The notes: generated from the sequence alone by a model not told the origin. Positions 8,648 to 18,375 are shown, counted from the first letter of the stretch. The stretch is DNA of 64,000 nucleotides from Planctomycetota bacterium (GCA_038227875.1 JBBRPR010000027.1:41153-105152), one strand, 5' to 3'. Numbers and translations are program-made.

Positions 8648-10105
8648 ATGAAATTCGAAGGCAAGATTCTGGTGATTGGGCTCGGCGCGGTGTCGCGCTG
8701 CACGCTGCCGCTGCTGTTCAAACACATCGAAGCGCCGACCAGCAGCTACACGGTCATCGATTTCGCCGACGTGGATACCAATGCGCGCTTCGTCAAGGAA
8801 GCCGGTGCACACTTCGTCAAGGATCGCGTCACTCGCGAGAACATGGGCGAACTGCTCGGCAAGTACGTCGGCTCCGGCGACATCATCATCGATCTGGCCT
8901 GGAACATCGGCTGTACCGACATCCTGCAATGGTGCTACGACAAGAACGTCCGCTACATGAATACATCCGTGGAGCTGTGGGATCCGTATGAAGGTTCGCC
9001 GACGCAGCCGCCGACGGAACGCACGCTTTACGCTCGCCAGATGATGATCCGGCGCATGATCAACAACTGGAAGCCCAAGCGCGGCGCGACAGCGGTGCTC
9101 GACCACGGCGCCAACCCGGGGCTGGTCTCGCATTTCACCAAGGCGGCGCTGGAAGATATTTCGCAGAAGTGGCTGGCAGAACACACGGAAGTCAACGAAC
9201 GGCGCAACCTGATCGAAGAAGTCTACAAGAAGCGCATGTACAACCGCATGTCGCAGCTGCTGGACGTCAAGGTCATCCACATTTCCGAACGCGACACGCA
9301 GATCAGCAACGTGCCGAAGAAGATGAACGAGTTCGTCAACACGTGGTCGATCGAAGGATTCTACGAGGAAGGCATCGCGCCGGCCGAAATGGGCTGGGGG
9401 ACACACGAACGCACGCTGCCGCCGACGGCGCAGATGCATCTGGCCGGGCCGCTGAACCAGATCTGCATGGCCAACATGGGCGCTCGCACCTGGGTCCGCT
9501 CGTGGGTGCCGTGCGGTGAGATCGTGGGCATGGTCATCCGCCACGGCGAAGCGTTCTCGATTTCCGAGAGTCTCACGGTCAAGGAAGACGGTCTGCCCGT
9601 TTACCGTCCGACGGTCCATTACGCCTATTGTCCGTGCGACGCGGCGATTGCCAGCCTGCATGAACTGCAGATGCGCCATTACAAGCTGCAGGACAACCAG
9701 CGCATCATGACCAACGACATCGTCGACGGACGCGATGAGCTGGGCGTGCTGCTGATGGGCCACGAATACAAGAGCTGGTGGATCGGCTCGCTGCTGGACA
9801 TTCACGAAACGCGGCGCCTGAATCCGGATCAGAACGCGACGACGCTCCAGGTTGCCTGCTCGGTGATGGCCGCGGTACTGTGGATGATCAAGAACCCCAG
9901 CCAGGGCGTGTGCGTGCCCGACGACCTGCCGCACCGCGAAATTCTCGGCTACGCCAAGCCGTACCTCGGGCCGTTCATTTCGCAGCCCGTCGAATGGACG
10001 CCGTTGAAGAACTGGAACAGTTCCTTCGAACGCTACGGTACGCCGCGCCCGTCGGAGGAGGACGTGTGGCAGTTCAACACGTTCCTGCACCGCGGACTGA
10101 CCTGA
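8648..10105 (+). CDS. hss: Homospermidine synthase (bacterial Hss, saccharopine-dehydrogenase-like NAD-binding fold)
   Basis: 485 aa. The N-terminal Rossmann motif KILVIGLGAVSRCTLPLL and the overall length and composition match bacterial homospermidine synthases. A GAGG RBS precedes the ATG. Confidence 0.75.
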   Translation: MKFEGKILVIGLGAVSRCTLPLLFKHIEAPTSSYTVIDFADVDTNARFVKEAGAHFVKDRVTRENMGELLGKYVGSGDIIIDLAWNIGCTDILQWCYDKNVRYMNTSVELWDPYEGSPTQPPTERTLYARQMMIRRMINNWKPKRGATAVLDHGANPGLVSHFTKAALEDISQKWLAEHTEVNERRNLIEEVYKKRMYNRMSQLLDVKVIHISERDTQISNVPKKMNEFVNTWSIEGFYEEGIAPAEMGWGTHERTLPPTAQMHLAGPLNQICMANMGARTWVRSWVPCGEIVGMVIRHGEAFSISESLTVKEDGLPVYRPTVHYAYCPCDAAIASLHELQMRHYKLQDNQRIMTNDIVDGRDELGVLLMGHEYKSWWIGSLLDIHETRRLNPDQNATTLQVACSVMAAVLWMIKNPSQGVCVPDDLPHREILGYAKPYLGPFISQPVEWTPLKNWNSSFERYGTPRPSEEDVWQFNTFLHRGLT

Positions 10106-10146
10106 GAACGGCAGTTTTGAGTTTCCACAATTCAAAACTGCTGTTC
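10106..10146. terminator. Bidirectional hairpin between the convergent hss and 10145..10738 genes
   Basis: GAACGGCAGTTTTGA...TCAAAACTGCTGTTC forms a 15-bp stem (one mismatch) with an 11-nt loop, immediately after the hss stop. Confidence 0.45.
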
Positions 10147-10738
10147 AGAAGCCATTGTTCTTCAACGTGTTCGACAAATTGCCGTTGTTGTATTGGTTGA
10201 TGGCGTCTTTGTAGCGCGAGTTGCGGTACTGCTGATCGCGCTGCTTGCGCTGCTGCTCGTCCTGCTTGGCCTGTTGGGCTTCCAGTTGAAGCTCCTGCGC
10301 GAGCTCGGCTTCCAGCTTTTTCTTCAGCGCAATGGCTTCTTCTTCGGCCTTCTTCTTGGCGGCGGCTTTTTCTTCGTCGCGCTTTTTCTTGGCGTCGGCG
10401 ATCTTCTTTTCGTCCGCGGCTTTCTCTTCGGGCTTGACCCACTTCCCCTTGTATTGAACCTTGCCGGCGGCGATGGCCTTTTCGGTCTCTTCCTTGAGCT
10501 TCTGCGCGCGGGCCTCGCGCTCGGCGATTCTCTCGGGCGTATCGGTCTCGATGCGCAGTACCTTTTCCATCGGGACGCGCATCGTTCCAAATTCGACCTG
10601 CAGTTCGATGTACTCTGCGTTCGATTTAACGATCGTGCCGTCGATGGTCTCGAGTGTTTTCATCACGACCGTGTCGGCGCGGGCGCTGAGGCCTAATAAG
10701 GTGGTGACGAGCACGAGGGCGAGTTTTGAAATTTTCAT
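10145..10738 (-). CDS. Secreted Lys/Glu-rich coiled-coil protein of unknown function
   Basis: 197 aa with a signal peptide MKISKLALVLVTTLLGLSARA followed by a long KE-rich helical region. Confidence 0.55.
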   Translation of the reverse strand: MKISKLALVLVTTLLGLSARADTVVMKTLETIDGTIVKSNAEYIELQVEFGTMRVPMEKVLRIETDTPERIAEREARAQKLKEETEKAIAAGKVQYKGKWVKPEEKAADEKKIADAKKKRDEEKAAAKKKAEEEAIALKKKLEAELAQELQLEAQQAKQDEQQRKQRDQQYRNSRYKDAINQYNNGNLSNTLKNNGF

Positions 10739-10851
10739 CGTCTATTCCTGAGACGTTCACGCGGCTTCGAGATCCCGTCGCACTCCTCCAACTAACTATG
10801 CAGCCTAGTCTTAGGTCACCTAAAAAGCAAGAGGCAGGGCGCGCGGGGAGC

Positions 10852-10881
10852 TTAGAAAAAAATATTCAAGAAGTCTATAAT
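10852..10881 (+). promoter_or_regulatory. Putative sigma70-type promoter for the RHH gene (TTAGAA, 18-nt spacer, TATAAT)
   Basis: AT-rich island in otherwise GC-rich DNA, with a perfect TATAAT at 10876-10881. Confidence 0.3.
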
Positions 10882-10935
10882 AAGTGTGCCACATATTAGT
10901 TTTATGGGTGGGACCTCTGAAGAAAGGCAACCACC

Positions 10936-11166
10936 ATGAACGAGATTAAGAGCAAGGCTGGCCGCAAACCGTTGGGTGATCGTCCGATGGACGCGGTGAT
11001 GCATGTACGCATTACGCGCGATGAGCATTCGGCGCTGAAGGCGTTGGCGGCGCAGAAGGGTGTATCGATTGGCAGCCTGTTGCGCACCGCCGTCACCGGC
11101 ATGGTGGGCAAACCGGGCTCGATGGCTGCGGTTGCGGCTCCGGCAGTCCTGGAAAAGACCGTGTAG
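10936..11166 (+). CDS. Small ribbon-helix-helix protein resembling the MobC / mobilisation-protein N-terminal domain
   Basis: 76 aa. KAGRKPLGDRPMDAVMHVRITRDEHSALKALAAQKGVSIGSLLRTAV matches the RHH pattern of MobC/NikA-like proteins. There is no adjacent relaxase. Confidence 0.5.
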   Translation: MNEIKSKAGRKPLGDRPMDAVMHVRITRDEHSALKALAAQKGVSIGSLLRTAVTGMVGKPGSMAAVAAPAVLEKTV

Positions 11167-11464
11167 TTCACCCTGTTGCGTTTCGATTCGTTTAAAATTT
11201 CGCAGTGGTAAAGTTTACCCCGGTTTCAAATTTGAAGCCGGGGTCGCACACTCAAAATTCCACGAAAAAATTTCAATCGCAACTTCGAACAGCGATGTTC
11301 TGATGCGTCACGCGCAAACCCAACCCGCAGGCCCGCTTCCTTGAAAGGAGGCGGGAAAGTGGATCGGCGTGCGCTGTCGATTGATCCTGCTTTTGGCGCG
11401 CGTTCAAAAAATTGAGCTGCGCGGTTTTCAAATTTCGGTGTTTCCATAACTGGAGGACACCGGA

Positions 11465-13219
11465 ATGAAAAACTGGCGCGTTCGAATTTTACCAGCGGTA
11501 CTTTTCCTTGGTTCGGGTCTCGCCGCATGCGCGGAAAATGCGCCGCGCGTGATCGGCGATTTCGAATCGGCCGACGCGATCGCACTGATTGCAAAGAATG
11601 CCGAAGCGGCGAAAGCGGAACTTGCCACGAACAAAGGTGTGACCCACGGCAAGGGCGCACTGAAAGTGGCGTTTCAAAAAGGCGCGCAGTGGGCCTCGCT
11701 GGTATTCGACGGCGACGCGGTGAAGGGCTGGGATGCGGCGGAAGCCGTGAGCGTCGATGTCTTCAGCGACGATGAGAAATCGGTCGAACTGGTCTTCGAA
11801 CTGTTTGATGCGCGGAGCACGAACCACGGTACGCGCTGCACTTTTCCAGGAATGGCCATCGAAAAGGGCCAGCGCACACTCACGTGGAGTCTGCTGAAAG
11901 CGCGCCGCAACGAGAAGGAAAACGCCGACTGGGAATCGCTCTCCGACGCAGACAAGATCGAGCTCAAAGCGCTGACGCGCATCAAGTTTTTCACGACTCC
12001 GCCGGCCGACCACGATGCGGTTGTGTACTTCGACAACCTGCGCCTGATCCCCAAGAGCGCCGCGCGGCTGGAGGCTGAACAGAAAGAAGTCGCCGCCGCG
12101 AAGAGCGAAAAAGTCATCTACTTCAATGATTTTGAGAACGGCAAAGGCTTGCGCGGCGAAGGCGTTCCCTTTAAAGGCAGCTGGGGTCCGCTCGACGAGA
12201 ATGGCCAGGCGGAAATCGTTGCGCCCTTGGGAAAGGGCAATGATTCGCAGAAAGTGCTCTCCGTGAAAGCCGTGAAAAAAGCGCCGTCGATCTGCATGGA
12301 ACTGCCCATGCATCACACGGTCTGCGAACCGGAGCATTGGGACGCGATTGTTTCGATGCGGCTATTCAACGAGAGCTTTGACTCGTTTGAGATGACGTAC
12401 TCGCCGATCATCCCGAGCGATACGACGTTTCATCGCGTCGCGTTCAAAGCGCCGAAAGGCGAATGGACCACCATTGAAATGCCGCTGGATAAATTTCTCT
12501 TCCAGGGCCGGCGTCCGCGGCGCGGGTGTCCGCTGGAGTACCTCTGCTTCATTGGCATCGGTCCGGAACACGAAGGCAGCAGCTTCCAGCTCGATGATTT
12601 CAAAATCCGCCGCGTGATGCGCACGGGCCAGCCGGAACCGAAACCCAAAGCGGCGCTGAGCGCCGGGATGATTTATCGGCAGGACTACAATGACCCGCAG
12701 GATTTCGACATCGAAGGCTACTACCCGTTCACGAAAAACTGCAACGTCTTCCGGATTCCTGGCGGTCTTGACGGAGCAGGAAGAGCAGTCGCGCCGACGA
12801 AGGAAGACGAAGCCGCGTTTCCGTTCGGTTGTTTGACCGTCGAATGTTACGAGCCGGGACAGAATTTTCTCGGCGGGCGGAGCCTGGATTTTCCGGCCGA
12901 GGGCAACGTAATCGAATTCGATTGCCTGATGGAAGGCGCCGTCGATCTGGCCGTGGTCACGCGCGGTCCCAAGGGAAAATGGCGCAACTATCCCAAGCCG
13001 TTCCCGGCCGGAACATGGACGCATGTCGTGGTGGCCGCCGACGAATTCACATTCTTCGGCCAGCCGATCAAGGATCCCGCGCAGACCAAGCCCAGCAAGG
13101 CCGAGCGCTTTACCGCGCTGTTGTTCAGTGCGACGGCGGACAAATCGGGAACGAGTCATGTGCTGATCGACAATCTCGTCGTCCGCAAAGCCGACGCGCC
13201 GAACGAGAAGGGAAAGTAG
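11465..13219 (+). CDS. Putative lipoprotein, large secreted hypothetical (beta-rich)
   Basis: 584 aa with a signal peptide and an L-A-A-C lipobox. It shares the N-terminal GDFESAD-type beta-domain flavour of other secreted proteins in the window. Confidence 0.6.
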   Translation: MKNWRVRILPAVLFLGSGLAACAENAPRVIGDFESADAIALIAKNAEAAKAELATNKGVTHGKGALKVAFQKGAQWASLVFDGDAVKGWDAAEAVSVDVFSDDEKSVELVFELFDARSTNHGTRCTFPGMAIEKGQRTLTWSLLKARRNEKENADWESLSDADKIELKALTRIKFFTTPPADHDAVVYFDNLRLIPKSAARLEAEQKEVAAAKSEKVIYFNDFENGKGLRGEGVPFKGSWGPLDENGQAEIVAPLGKGNDSQKVLSVKAVKKAPSICMELPMHHTVCEPEHWDAIVSMRLFNESFDSFEMTYSPIIPSDTTFHRVAFKAPKGEWTTIEMPLDKFLFQGRRPRRGCPLEYLCFIGIGPEHEGSSFQLDDFKIRRVMRTGQPEPKPKAALSAGMIYRQDYNDPQDFDIEGYYPFTKNCNVFRIPGGLDGAGRAVAPTKEDEAAFPFGCLTVECYEPGQNFLGGRSLDFPAEGNVIEFDCLMEGAVDLAVVTRGPKGKWRNYPKPFPAGTWTHVVVAADEFTFFGQPIKDPAQTKPSKAERFTALLFSATADKSGTSHVLIDNLVVRKADAPNEKGK

Positions 13220-13252
13220 CCAGCGGCGGGAAGTCCGTTAGGATGCGGCAGT

Positions 13253-13894
13253 ATGAGCATGCCCAAACTTCCCCAGCGCGGTTTTGAACGCGAAGATGAA
13301 TCGCCGGATGCGCTGTTTTATCTGCAGCCGCGCCTGGTCACGCACATCGACGACGGCGCGATCGCGGCGGTCACGCAGCTCTATCGTGAATTTCTGCCCG
13401 CTGGCGGCACGATTCTCGATGCGATGACCAGTTGGATCAGCCACCTTCCGCCGGAAGTGCAATATGCGCACGTCGCCGGCCTCGGCATGAACCACGCGGA
13501 ACTCGCCGCCAATCCACGCCTCAATCGTTTCGTCGTTCACGACCTGAACCGCAATCCGGTGCTGCCCTTTTCAGATGCGGAGTTCGATGCGGCGGCGATC
13601 TGCGTTTCGATCGATTACCTCACCGATCCCGTCGCTGTGTTGCGCGATCTCGGCCGGGTCGTGCGCGCGGGCGGGCCGCTGGTGATCACGTTCTCCAACC
13701 GCTGCTTTCCGACCAAGGTGATTCGCGCGTGGCTGCGCACCGACGACGCCGGCCGCATCGAGCTGGTGAAAGCGATGCTGCGCGGCGCGGGGAATTGGGA
13801 TCGGATCGAAAGTGTCGACCGCAGCCCCGCTCCGGGGCGCAGCGATCCCTTGTATGGGGTAATTGCGCGAAATATGGGTACCGTCGTGTCTTGA
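13253..13894 (+). CDS. Putative SAM-dependent methyltransferase-fold protein
   Basis: 213 aa. GGTILDAMTSW and downstream acidic/hydrophobic blocks resemble divergent class I methyltransferases. No canonical GxGxG motif is present. Confidence 0.4.
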   Translation: MSMPKLPQRGFEREDESPDALFYLQPRLVTHIDDGAIAAVTQLYREFLPAGGTILDAMTSWISHLPPEVQYAHVAGLGMNHAELAANPRLNRFVVHDLNRNPVLPFSDAEFDAAAICVSIDYLTDPVAVLRDLGRVVRAGGPLVITFSNRCFPTKVIRAWLRTDDAGRIELVKAMLRGAGNWDRIESVDRSPAPGRSDPLYGVIARNMGTVVS

Positions 13895-14052
13895 TCGCGC
13901 AGCTTCATGCACGGATTTTCAGGCGGGACGCCTGCAAAAGTTTGCCGGACAGACACAGCCCGCCGTTGCTTGATTCTAATTCGCGTTCCTGCTCTAATAC
14001 GAACAGCAAGTTAACCACAGTGCCGCAACCGATTTCCATACTGGAGTGATTC

Positions 14053-14802
14053 ATGGCCGGACATTCACACTCAGCCAACATCGCCGTTCGCAAAGGCAAG
14101 CAGGACGCCTTGCGCGCACGCATGTTTGCCAAGCTTTCGAAGAACATCATGGTCGCGGCGCGCAAGGGTCCGGATCCGGATTCCAATTTCGGGCTGCGTC
14201 ACGCGATCGAACTGGCGCGCGCGCAGTCGATGCCCAAGGACAAGATCGACCATGCCGTGAAAAAAGGTGCGGGCCTGATCGAAGGCCAGAAGTTGTCGGA
14301 AGTCACGTACGAAGGCTTCTACGGCAATGTGGCGATCATCGTCGAAACGCTCAGCGACAACCTCAACCGCACGCGCCCCGAAATCGCCAAGATGTTTGAG
14401 CAGGGCGGCGGCCGCATTGGTGCAGCGGGCGCGGTGATGTGGATGTTCAAGCGGGCCGGATTGATTGCCGTCAAGACGGACAAGATCGCCGAAGAAAAGC
14501 TGATGGACATCGTGGTTGAAGCCGGCGCGGACGACTTAAGCACCGCCGGCGATGTTTACGAGATTCTCACCAGCGTGGAAAAGTTCGAATCCGTACGCAA
14601 GGCGCTGGCGGCGAAGAATATTCCGACCGAACTGGCCGAGCTGAAATTCCTGGCGGAAAACGAGACTGAAGTCGACGTCAAAACCGCGCGCAAAGCGCTG
14701 GAACTGATCGACGACCTCGATGGCCACGACGACGTCAACAACGTCCACCATTCCATGAAGCTGACCAGCGAACTGATCGCAGCTTTGAAAGCTGAAGCAT
14801 GA
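14053..14802 (+). CDS. yebC: YebC/PmpR family probable transcriptional regulatory protein
   Basis: Starts MAGHSHSANIAVRKGKQDALRARMFAKLSK..., the hallmark N-terminus of the YebC (DUF28) family. 249 aa. Confidence 0.9.
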   Translation: MAGHSHSANIAVRKGKQDALRARMFAKLSKNIMVAARKGPDPDSNFGLRHAIELARAQSMPKDKIDHAVKKGAGLIEGQKLSEVTYEGFYGNVAIIVETLSDNLNRTRPEIAKMFEQGGGRIGAAGAVMWMFKRAGLIAVKTDKIAEEKLMDIVVEAGADDLSTAGDVYEILTSVEKFESVRKALAAKNIPTELAELKFLAENETEVDVKTARKALELIDDLDGHDDVNNVHHSMKLTSELIAALKAEA

Positions 14803-14834
14803 TGTGAATGCAGCATACCTGTCGAGTGGAATGG

Positions 14835-14862
14835 AGCCGGAAGCATTGCTTCCGGCTTTTTA
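14835..14862 (+). terminator. Rho-independent terminator or attenuator after yebC
   Basis: GCCGGAAGC-ATT-GCTTCCGGC hairpin followed by TTTTTAATT. Confidence 0.6.
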
Positions 14863-15127
14863 ATTCCGGCCGTGCACGAATTACGCCGATAAATAGATCG
14901 TCACCGGACTACCGCGCACCACTTTCTGAGCATTGCCAATGGCGTTGGACGGAATCTCGATCGATGAATTTCTGGCCATGACATCCAGCAAGGGCGGGAA
15001 GCGGAGTAAGCGCTCTGGTGCGGCGGCGTTGCTGCCGTCGACATCGCTGCTCCCGCCGTCGGCGTCGCACCATCGCCAGACGCTCGCGCCCTCGAAACTC
15101 GCGCCGCCGCTCAAGCCGCTCCGGCTG

Positions 15128-15592
15128 ATGGGCATCGATCCCGGCACGCGGTTCGTGGGCTGGGGCGTTGTTGAGATGCAGCCGCGCGATCGCTCGCTGC
15201 GGCTGATCGACTGCGGGTGCATCGCGCCGTCGGTTAAACTGGAACTGCGCTTCCGCCTCCGCGCGATTTTCACGGACCTGGAACTGATTCTCGCTCAGAC
15301 CAAACCCGATGCAGCGGCGCTCGAAGAAACGTTCGCCGGCGTGAACATGAAATCCGCCATCGCCATGGGCGAAGGTCGCGGCGTAGCGCTGCTGTGCTTA
15401 ACGCGCGCCAATCTGGACGTACTCGAACTGTCGCCACGCTCGATCAAGCAGGCTGTTACGGGCAGCGGCGCATCGGGAAAAGCTCACGTCGCGGCCATGG
15501 TTGCGGCGCATCTGAAACTTCACAAAGCGCCCGAACCCGAAGACGTCACCGACGCGCTCGCCGCAGCCATCGCGCTGGCTCAACGACTGTAG
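15128..15592 (+). CDS. ruvC: Crossover junction endodeoxyribonuclease RuvC
   Basis: MGIDPGTRFVGWGVVE... is the typical RuvC N-terminus with the catalytic Asp. The ORF track starts at 14933 but the upstream 65 residues are low-complexity. The yebC-ruvC linkage is classic. Confidence 0.8.
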   Translation: MGIDPGTRFVGWGVVEMQPRDRSLRLIDCGCIAPSVKLELRFRLRAIFTDLELILAQTKPDAAALEETFAGVNMKSAIAMGEGRGVALLCLTRANLDVLELSPRSIKQAVTGSGASGKAHVAAMVAAHLKLHKAPEPEDVTDALAAAIALAQRL

Positions 15593-15608
15593 ATTTGAGA
15601 GTTTTGAC

Positions 15609-15644
15609 TTCTAACCACATGGCCAATTGGCCATGTGGTTAGAA
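15609..15644. terminator. 36-nt perfect palindrome (TTCTAACCACATGGCCAA|TTGGCCATGTGGTTAGAA) between the convergent ruvC and 15686..15979 genes
   Basis: Verified base by base. It could form an 18-bp hairpin (a bidirectional terminator) or a dimeric protein-binding site. Confidence 0.5.
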
Positions 15645-15685
15645 TCAGACAGTTTCGATCATGATCATTAGAAAACGACTTGGTT

Positions 15686-15979
15686 TTACGGCTCGAAGTC
15701 TGCCATCACGCGCCGCGCCGGGATGCCGTGGTGGAGCAGGAATTGAATGTAGTCGTCGATCAGCCAGGAGTACGCGCGGTACGATTCAGTCGTCAGCTCC
15801 GACGTAAAATACGTGAGCGGAATCGTGAACGAATCCGTCTCGGAATGGAGCGCGACACCGAGTTCAAACGAACCGGTGTCGAGCCCGTCCTTGTACATCG
15901 AGACGATGATCTTCGGCGCGTCCTGACCAGCGATGTGTTCGCGGCACCATTCCAGCGCATCGGTGTCGATTTCAACCAT
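15686..15979 (-). CDS. Small acidic hypothetical protein (97 aa)
   Basis: The ORF has reasonable codon usage. I recognise no motif. Confidence 0.4.
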   Translation of the reverse strand: MVEIDTDALEWCREHIAGQDAPKIIVSMYKDGLDTGSFELGVALHSETDSFTIPLTYFTSELTTESYRAYSWLIDDYIQFLLHHGIPARRVMADFEP

Positions 15980-16046
15980 GTCCGATAATGTAGGGAGCTT
16001 TTTTTCGCGCGCAAGACGTATTGATCATGGTGCAGCGCAAAACTTC

Positions 16047-17066
16047 TCAGGGCGCTTTTTCGTCGGGCTTGGCGCCCAGTTTCTTCACGAGATTGCTGGC
16101 TTCATCGAGCGTTTTTACCAGCGTGGCGGTCTGGTCGTGAAGCTGCGCCACTTCGGCGCGCAGTGACACCAATTGTTTTTCAGCATCCGCGAGCACTTCG
16201 GGAAGCGAGGCCGTCTTCGCTCTCGGAGCAAGCGCGGCCCCGGCCTCCTCGATCTGCGTTTCACCCACCAGTCCGGCGCGCTTTCGCATCATCTCGGGCG
16301 AGACGACCGAAATGGACGCAGGGGCGGGCGCTGCCTGTGGTTCAAGCGCTTTCATCAGCAGGCGGGCGCGGATCTGGATCTCCGGCTTGTCGTCGCGCGC
16401 GGCGATCTGGCTGAGGACTTCGATCGCCGGCGTTCCCAGCGCGAGCAGCGCTTTTTCTGAAGCGGCGCGCTTGTCGGCGTCATCGAGACTCAGGTCCTTG
16501 GCGAGTTTCTCCGCTTCTTTCGTCGCATCGTCCGGATCGTAGTGCATGCCGAGCACATACACATCGCCGGCTGCTTTCTGGTTGTAGACGAGCAGATCGA
16601 TCGCGCGCACGTCGCCAGAGGATTCGACGTCCTGCGTGTAATTCCAGTCGCTCGACGCGGTCTTCCAGATCTTCGCGGAGACGTCGAACTCGAGTTTGTT
16701 CCAACCGGGCTTCACCGCGACGCGCTTGGCCTCGTGATAGATGTACGCAGGGGCCGTCGACAGGGCGAGACTGACGTCGATTGCCTTCTCAGAATATACC
16801 TGCAGCGTGAACTTTCCGTTCTTCGGCAGACCCATACCGGTGTTGTGGCGGAACGCAGCTTTTTCCTTGCCAGCGGGAACGAAGATCAGTTTCATCAGTT
16901 TGCATTTCTTGGCGTCAACATGATCCACAGCGCCGGGATTGCCCCAGCCTTCGACGAGCCACTCGCCACTTTCCGGGCCCGGCGCGGCGTCGGGAACATC
17001 CGGGATCTCGATGGCCAGAACCAGTGGAGTTAAAGAGACAAGGAGCAGCAGCAGGGCAGCGCGCAT
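16047..17066 (-). CDS. Secreted protein with an N-terminal beta-sandwich and a C-terminal HEAT/PBS-like helical region
   Basis: 339 aa with signal peptide MRAALLLLLVSLTPLVLA. The HEAT-like DDADKRAASEKALLALGTPAIEVL block resembles repeats in the two downstream lectin-like proteins. Confidence 0.55.
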   Translation of the reverse strand: MRAALLLLLVSLTPLVLAIEIPDVPDAAPGPESGEWLVEGWGNPGAVDHVDAKKCKLMKLIFVPAGKEKAAFRHNTGMGLPKNGKFTLQVYSEKAIDVSLALSTAPAYIYHEAKRVAVKPGWNKLEFDVSAKIWKTASSDWNYTQDVESSGDVRAIDLLVYNQKAAGDVYVLGMHYDPDDATKEAEKLAKDLSLDDADKRAASEKALLALGTPAIEVLSQIAARDDKPEIQIRARLLMKALEPQAAPAPASISVVSPEMMRKRAGLVGETQIEEAGAALAPRAKTASLPEVLADAEKQLVSLRAEVAQLHDQTATLVKTLDEASNLVKKLGAKPDEKAP

Positions 17067-17150
17067 GATCCATTCCTTTCGTTGTGGTGAGTTGACGAAG
17101 CAGGTCCTGCTCTACATTGAATGAGCGGGCGCCAACGTTTCACAAATCAT

Positions 17151-17177
17151 AAAAAAAACCGCGCAGGCCGCGCGGTG
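17151..17177 (-). terminator. Rho-independent terminator (minus strand) after the 17211..18329 gene
   Basis: On the minus strand: CCGCGCGGCCTGCGCGG hairpin followed by TTTTTTTT. Confidence 0.6.
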
Positions 17178-17210
17178 AACTTCAGGACCGGGACTCAAAG
17201 TCTCCGTCGG

Positions 17211-18329
17211 CTATTCGCTGGGCGGGGGCAGGGAGGCTTCCTTGATGCGTGCGCCGCAGGCGATGCGGACATTATAGCGACCCCGATCGCGGCCGTTAAC
17301 GTTGCCGTTGTTCTGAAGGACTTCGTCACTGGCGTAAATGCGGAGGAAGAGGCGCTGGTTGCTATCGGGCTTCCACGTCTTTTCGTCGCCGATCAGAAAC
17401 GGTTCGCCGTCCGGCCCGAATTTTCCAATCACCGCGCCGAAGGGGAAGGGCTGGTTGTCCTGGTTGGAAATGCCAGTCGGCGTGATCTGCGTGTTGAAAA
17501 GCGTCGCATTGCCGCTGCAGTTGACGGTCATCTGTTCCCCCACGATCGAATCGATGCCGGTGTCGGTCCAGTCGCGCACGGCGACAAGCGCATCGAGCTC
17601 CAGGGTTTCCAGATCGCCGTGGGCCACCCAGCGGACGCTGGCCAGATCGATGAGCTTGATTGAGAGGTCGCCGAGCTTGCTGCTGACTTTCAGCGCTTGT
17701 ATGGCCAGCGTGCCGGCGGCCGTGAATTCGACCGTGCGGACGGTGTCGCGTGCATCCGCGTCCTCATCGGCCTGCTGGTAGATGCGCTTGAGCAGGTCGT
17801 CGAGACGCGGCTTGAGTTCCGGGGACGCGCCCGAGCGGAGCGTGAACAGCGGATCGAGACTGTTTTTGCCGGCATCGAGGAGCAAGCGGTCGGCTGCGGC
17901 ACGCTTGACCAGATCCGCGCCTTTGAAATCGTCCAGCGTCACCGCGAGCTGCTTTTCGTCCAGCGGCGCGATGCCATCGCCGTGGGAGAGCTGCAGCAGC
18001 GATTCCATGGGAAATTTCAGCACGCCGAAGCTGGTCTTCAGGCTGATCGGTTCGTTGCTTTTCAATTCACCGCGCAGCGAGGAGCCATCCTTCAGACGGA
18101 TTTCGACGGTCTGGGGATTCATGCGCTCTTTTTTGGAGGGTGCCGGAGCCGCGACTCCCGACTCCGCCGGATTTTTAGGCGAGGGCGGCTCGAGGTCAGG
18201 CATTTTCGGAAGGGTGGGCGCCGCTGCATTCTGGATCGGATCCAAATCCGCCGCGAAGAGCAACGAAGGCGCGAAGAGCAGCGTGGGGACGGCCGCCAGA
18301 GAGAGAGATAATCGGGTGATAGTATTCAT
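17211..18329 (-). CDS. Secreted protein with a C-terminal PA-IL/LecA-like (galactophilic lectin fold) domain
   Basis: Start MNTITRLSLSLAAVPTLLFAPSLLFA (signal peptide). The C-terminus GAVIGKFGPDGEPFLIGDEKTWKPDSNQRLFLRIYASDEVLQNNGNVNGRDRGRYNVRIA parallels P. aeruginosa LecA ([25 protein letters not shown]...[21 protein letters not shown]). Confidence 0.6.
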   Translation of the reverse strand: MNTITRLSLSLAAVPTLLFAPSLLFAADLDPIQNAAAPTLPKMPDLEPPSPKNPAESGVAAPAPSKKERMNPQTVEIRLKDGSSLRGELKSNEPISLKTSFGVLKFPMESLLQLSHGDGIAPLDEKQLAVTLDDFKGADLVKRAAADRLLLDAGKNSLDPLFTLRSGASPELKPRLDDLLKRIYQQADEDADARDTVRTVEFTAAGTLAIQALKVSSKLGDLSIKLIDLASVRWVAHGDLETLELDALVAVRDWTDTGIDSIVGEQMTVNCSGNATLFNTQITPTGISNQDNQPFPFGAVIGKFGPDGEPFLIGDEKTWKPDSNQRLFLRIYASDEVLQNNGNVNGRDRGRYNVRIACGARIKEASLPPPSE

Positions 18330-18375
18330 GAACGGATCCTCGCTAACTTTTCCGCCATTCGCACAGTGATGGGCC

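Noticed and set aside
8465-10135. 556-aa ORF on the minus strand, opposite the strand of hss
   Set aside because: Its translation is Arg/Ala/His-rich low-complexity sequence typical of the reverse frame of high-GC coding DNA. The plus-strand hss gene has clear family motifs.
14933-15127. Longer RuvC start at 14933
   Set aside because: The extra 65 residues are Ser/Ala/Pro-rich with no RuvC homology. The conserved MGIDPG start is at 15128. A terminator hairpin at 14835-14862 also separates it from yebC.
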